A stretch of 59,732 nucleotides of DNA from a virus. Taxonomy: Duplodnaviria; Caudoviricetes. Positions within the stretch are counted from its first letter, which is position 1; each line of letters begins with the position of its first letter. Below the pieces are notes generated by a model that was not told the DNA's origin, searched no databases, and saw nothing but the letters and a program-made list of their open reading frames with translations. Positions 57,396 through 59,732 of this stretch are shown here, piece by piece. The position numbers and the translations under genes were made by a program. Where the stretch lies: the IMG/VR virus record IMGVR_UViG_3300025813_000004, positions 1 through 59,732 of that record; one strand, 5' to 3'.

Positions 57396-58286
57396 ATGGC
57401 TAATGAATTTATTTTAACGCGAGAAAATTATTTTTCACCAGAAGCCGAAGCATTATTTTTAGGGTCATCATCGTTCAAGGCATGGGATAGATGCCACGAT
57501 AATGGATGCGAAGCGAGAGAAGTTGCAAAAAGAGAAGGAAAATGGACTGATAAACCAAATTCAAACTTTCTTTTAGGCTCATATGTTCACGCATGGTCAG
57601 AAGGAACGCTACCGGAGTTTATAAATGAACATCCAGAATTATTTAAAAAGGGCGGTTGTGAATTACTTGCTAAATGTACTTTAGGCGACAAGATGATTGA
57701 ATGCTTTAAAAATGATTCTGCAATGATGAAAATGCGTGAAGGTGCAAAGGAGTCGATTTTTACTGGTGAAATTAACGGCGTTGATTTTAAAATACAGGTT
57801 GATATTTTAAATGTTTTAGAATGCCGATTTGCTGATATAAAAACAACTAAAGAAATTCACGGTAAATATTGGAACGATGAAGATCGTGTATATGAATCAT
57901 TCATCAAGCACTATGATTATCCATTGCAATTTTCAATTTACGCTGAAATTTTACGGCAAAACTACAAACAAATTTTAGAAGAATCGTTGAATATTTATAC
58001 AAAAAAACAATTAGAAAAATTCATTGAATTAGTTAAAAATAATCGTTATCTTGATTGCTATATTTTAGCGGTAGATAAGCAAGAAATACCAGATCATGAA
58101 ATTATTCGTATGAATATTGAAGAATTAATCAGCGATAAATTAGAAGAAATTGAAATGAAAATACCACGTATTATGGCAGTTAGAAATAAGGAAATCGAAC
58201 CTATGCGGTGCGAAAAATGCGAATATTGTCGTAGTACTAAAAAGATTATAGAACCAATTCATTGGTTAGATTTAAAAATTAAGTAG
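57396..58286 (+). CDS. PD-(D/E)xK exonuclease (DUF3799/RecE-like)
   Basis: LTRENYFS, LLGSYVHAW, KIQVD...DIKTT, Y..Q..IY, RCEKCEYC. Confidence 0.82.
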   Translation: MANEFILTRENYFSPEAEALFLGSSSFKAWDRCHDNGCEAREVAKREGKWTDKPNSNFLLGSYVHAWSEGTLPEFINEHPELFKKGGCELLAKCTLGDKMIECFKNDSAMMKMREGAKESIFTGEINGVDFKIQVDILNVLECRFADIKTTKEIHGKYWNDEDRVYESFIKHYDYPLQFSIYAEILRQNYKQILEESLNIYTKKQLEKFIELVKNNRYLDCYILAVDKQEIPDHEIIRMNIEELISDKLEEIEMKIPRIMAVRNKEIEPMRCEKCEYCRSTKKIIEPIHWLDLKIK

Positions 58287-58299
58287 GGGGATTTTACAC

Positions 58300-59190
58300 A
58301 TGCAATTTCAAGCAAAAAAGGCAATTAGAAAACAATTAAAAGTTAAAATCGCGTTAATCGGGCCAAGTGGATCAGGCAAAACATATTCAGCGTTAAAACT
58401 AGCTAAAGGTTTTGGAGGTAATATACTTCTTGGCAATACAGAAGGTGATCGCGGTTACATTTATGCAGATGAATTTGAATATGACATTGTAGATTTACAG
58501 CCACCATTTACCCCTGAACAATTTATAGAGTTGATTAATTACGCTGAAAAAAATGGTTACAATACATTAATTATTGACTCTGGTACTCACGAATGGTCTG
58601 GACGCGGTGGAATGCTAGAAATGCATAGTAAGATACCTGGCAATAGTTATGTTGCTTGGAGCAAACTCACGCCACGACATAACGATTTTGTAGACAGGCA
58701 GTTATATAGTAAATGCCATATTATCAATTGTCTTCGCGGTAAAGATCAATATGTGCTTGAAGAAAATGAAAAAGGTAAACAAGCACCTAAAAAAGTAGGG
58801 CTAGGTGCAGACCAACGAGCCAATTACGAATATGAAATGATGGCAGCATTAATGATAGACCAACAAACGCATACATTTACAGCCGTTAAAGATAATACAC
58901 ATTTATTTGAAAACAGGTTTGAGGTATTAACTGTAAAAGACGGTGAAAATCTCTTAGCGTGGGCTGAAAGCGGTATAGAAGTGCCTGAATTAATTAATGA
59001 CAAACAGCGTACTCAATTAATAGCTGTATCAAAAGAAAATGCGTTATCAAATGAAGATATGAAAAATTTATTACATTGGAAATTTAACGTTAAATCCAGT
59101 AGTGAACTTACAAATGCACAGGCGACAGAGCTAATAGAAAACTTACCTAATATTTGGACTGAATACGTATCGGAACAAAGCAAAAAGTAG
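58300..59190 (+). CDS. Sak4-like AAA ATPase (single-strand annealing recombinase family)
   Basis: GPSGSGKTYSAL, LIIDSGTHEW; adjacent to exonuclease. Confidence 0.8.
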   Translation: MQFQAKKAIRKQLKVKIALIGPSGSGKTYSALKLAKGFGGNILLGNTEGDRGYIYADEFEYDIVDLQPPFTPEQFIELINYAEKNGYNTLIIDSGTHEWSGRGGMLEMHSKIPGNSYVAWSKLTPRHNDFVDRQLYSKCHIINCLRGKDQYVLEENEKGKQAPKKVGLGADQRANYEYEMMAALMIDQQTHTFTAVKDNTHLFENRFEVLTVKDGENLLAWAESGIEVPELINDKQRTQLIAVSKENALSNEDMKNLLHWKFNVKSSSELTNAQATELIENLPNIWTEYVSEQSKK

Positions 59191-59246
59191 GCTAGTTAAC
59201 TCTAGCCTACCCATAAAATTAAAGTTTATACGGAGGATTGAGATAA

Positions 59247-59732
59247 ATGAGTAAATCAATTAAAGGATTCAAAGGGTTTGATAAAAATTTAAAATGCCGC
59301 AATTTCCAATATGAAGTAGGTAAGGAATATAAGCACGAAGGAGAAGTTAAGGCTTGCAACTCTGGATTCCACTTTTGCGAAAATCCATTAGATGTATTTG
59401 GTTATTATCCACCTACTGAAAGTCGTTATACCGAAGTTACAGGCAAAGATAAATTTGATAAAGGTGGCGATGACAGTAAGGTTTCTTGCCAACGTATTAA
59501 AATTGGTGCGGAAATTAAATTGCCGGGCATTATTGAAGCTGGCGTTAAGTTTATCCTTGAACGTATTAATTGGAAAGATGATAAAGAATCTAATACTGGT
59601 TACCGAAGTGCTGCAACTAATACTGGTGGCCAAAGTGCTGCAACTAATACTGGTTACCAAAGTGCTGCAACTAATACTGGTGGCCAAAGTGCTGCAACTA
59701 ATACTGGTTACCAAAGTGCTGCAACTAATACT
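59247..59732 (+). CDS. N-terminal part of DUF7666-like repeat protein (continues at 2-424)
   Basis: GGAGG RBS; MSKSIKGFKGFDKNLKCRNFQYEVGKEY...GFHFCENPLDVFGYY...; open to the window end. Confidence 0.88.
   Translation, partial: MSKSIKGFKGFDKNLKCRNFQYEVGKEYKHEGEVKACNSGFHFCENPLDVFGYYPPTESRYTEVTGKDKFDKGGDDSKVSCQRIKIGAEIKLPGIIEAGVKFILERINWKDDKESNTGYRSAATNTGGQSAATNTGYQSAATNTGGQSAATNTGYQSAATNT

Larger units (their letters stand above)
1..59732. mobile_element. Temperate phage (myovirus-type), complete or near-complete circular genome
   Basis: Terminase, portal, capsid, sheath, tube, baseplate, lysis, serine integrase and CI/Cro modules all present. No host housekeeping genes. 70-nt identity between 59663-59732 and 1-70. 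Confidence 0.95.

Noticed and set aside
1-59732. Alternative genetic code (stop reassignment)
   Set aside because: Genes are full length under the standard code; the terL interruption also needs a frame change, so readthrough alone cannot explain it.

Overview
Apparently complete, circularly permuted ~59.7 kb temperate phage genome. Bases 59663-59732 are identical to 1-70, and one CDS runs across the join. It has myovirus-type structural genes and a low-GC Firmicutes host. A spanin-like gene pair suggests a diderm Negativicutes host (inference). Gene order: replication/accessory early genes (1-8.9 kb); ArpU/RinA-like late activators with a ~540-nt structured non-coding region; terminase, portal and head genes interrupted by accessory islands; contractile tail, baseplate and fibre; lysis; large serine integrase and CI/Cro switch; antirepressor and recombination genes. 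Most notable features: (1) an array of unrelated ~200-bp mini-genes inside the head module, each closed by the same 15-22 bp junction repeat (AAGGCGGTGTTATRA, giving shared 'KAVL*' C-termini) at ~205-213 bp spacing; (2) several insertions flanked by duplicated gene starts; (3) a ROOL/GOLLD-class large ncRNA candidate right after the late promoter; (4) a terL gene broken by exactly 5 extra nt inside its Walker A motif; (5) two almost completely overlapping spanin-like genes sharing one RBS; (6) a pseudoknotted leader in front of an HNH gene. All product calls come from motif recognition and synteny; no database searches were run.
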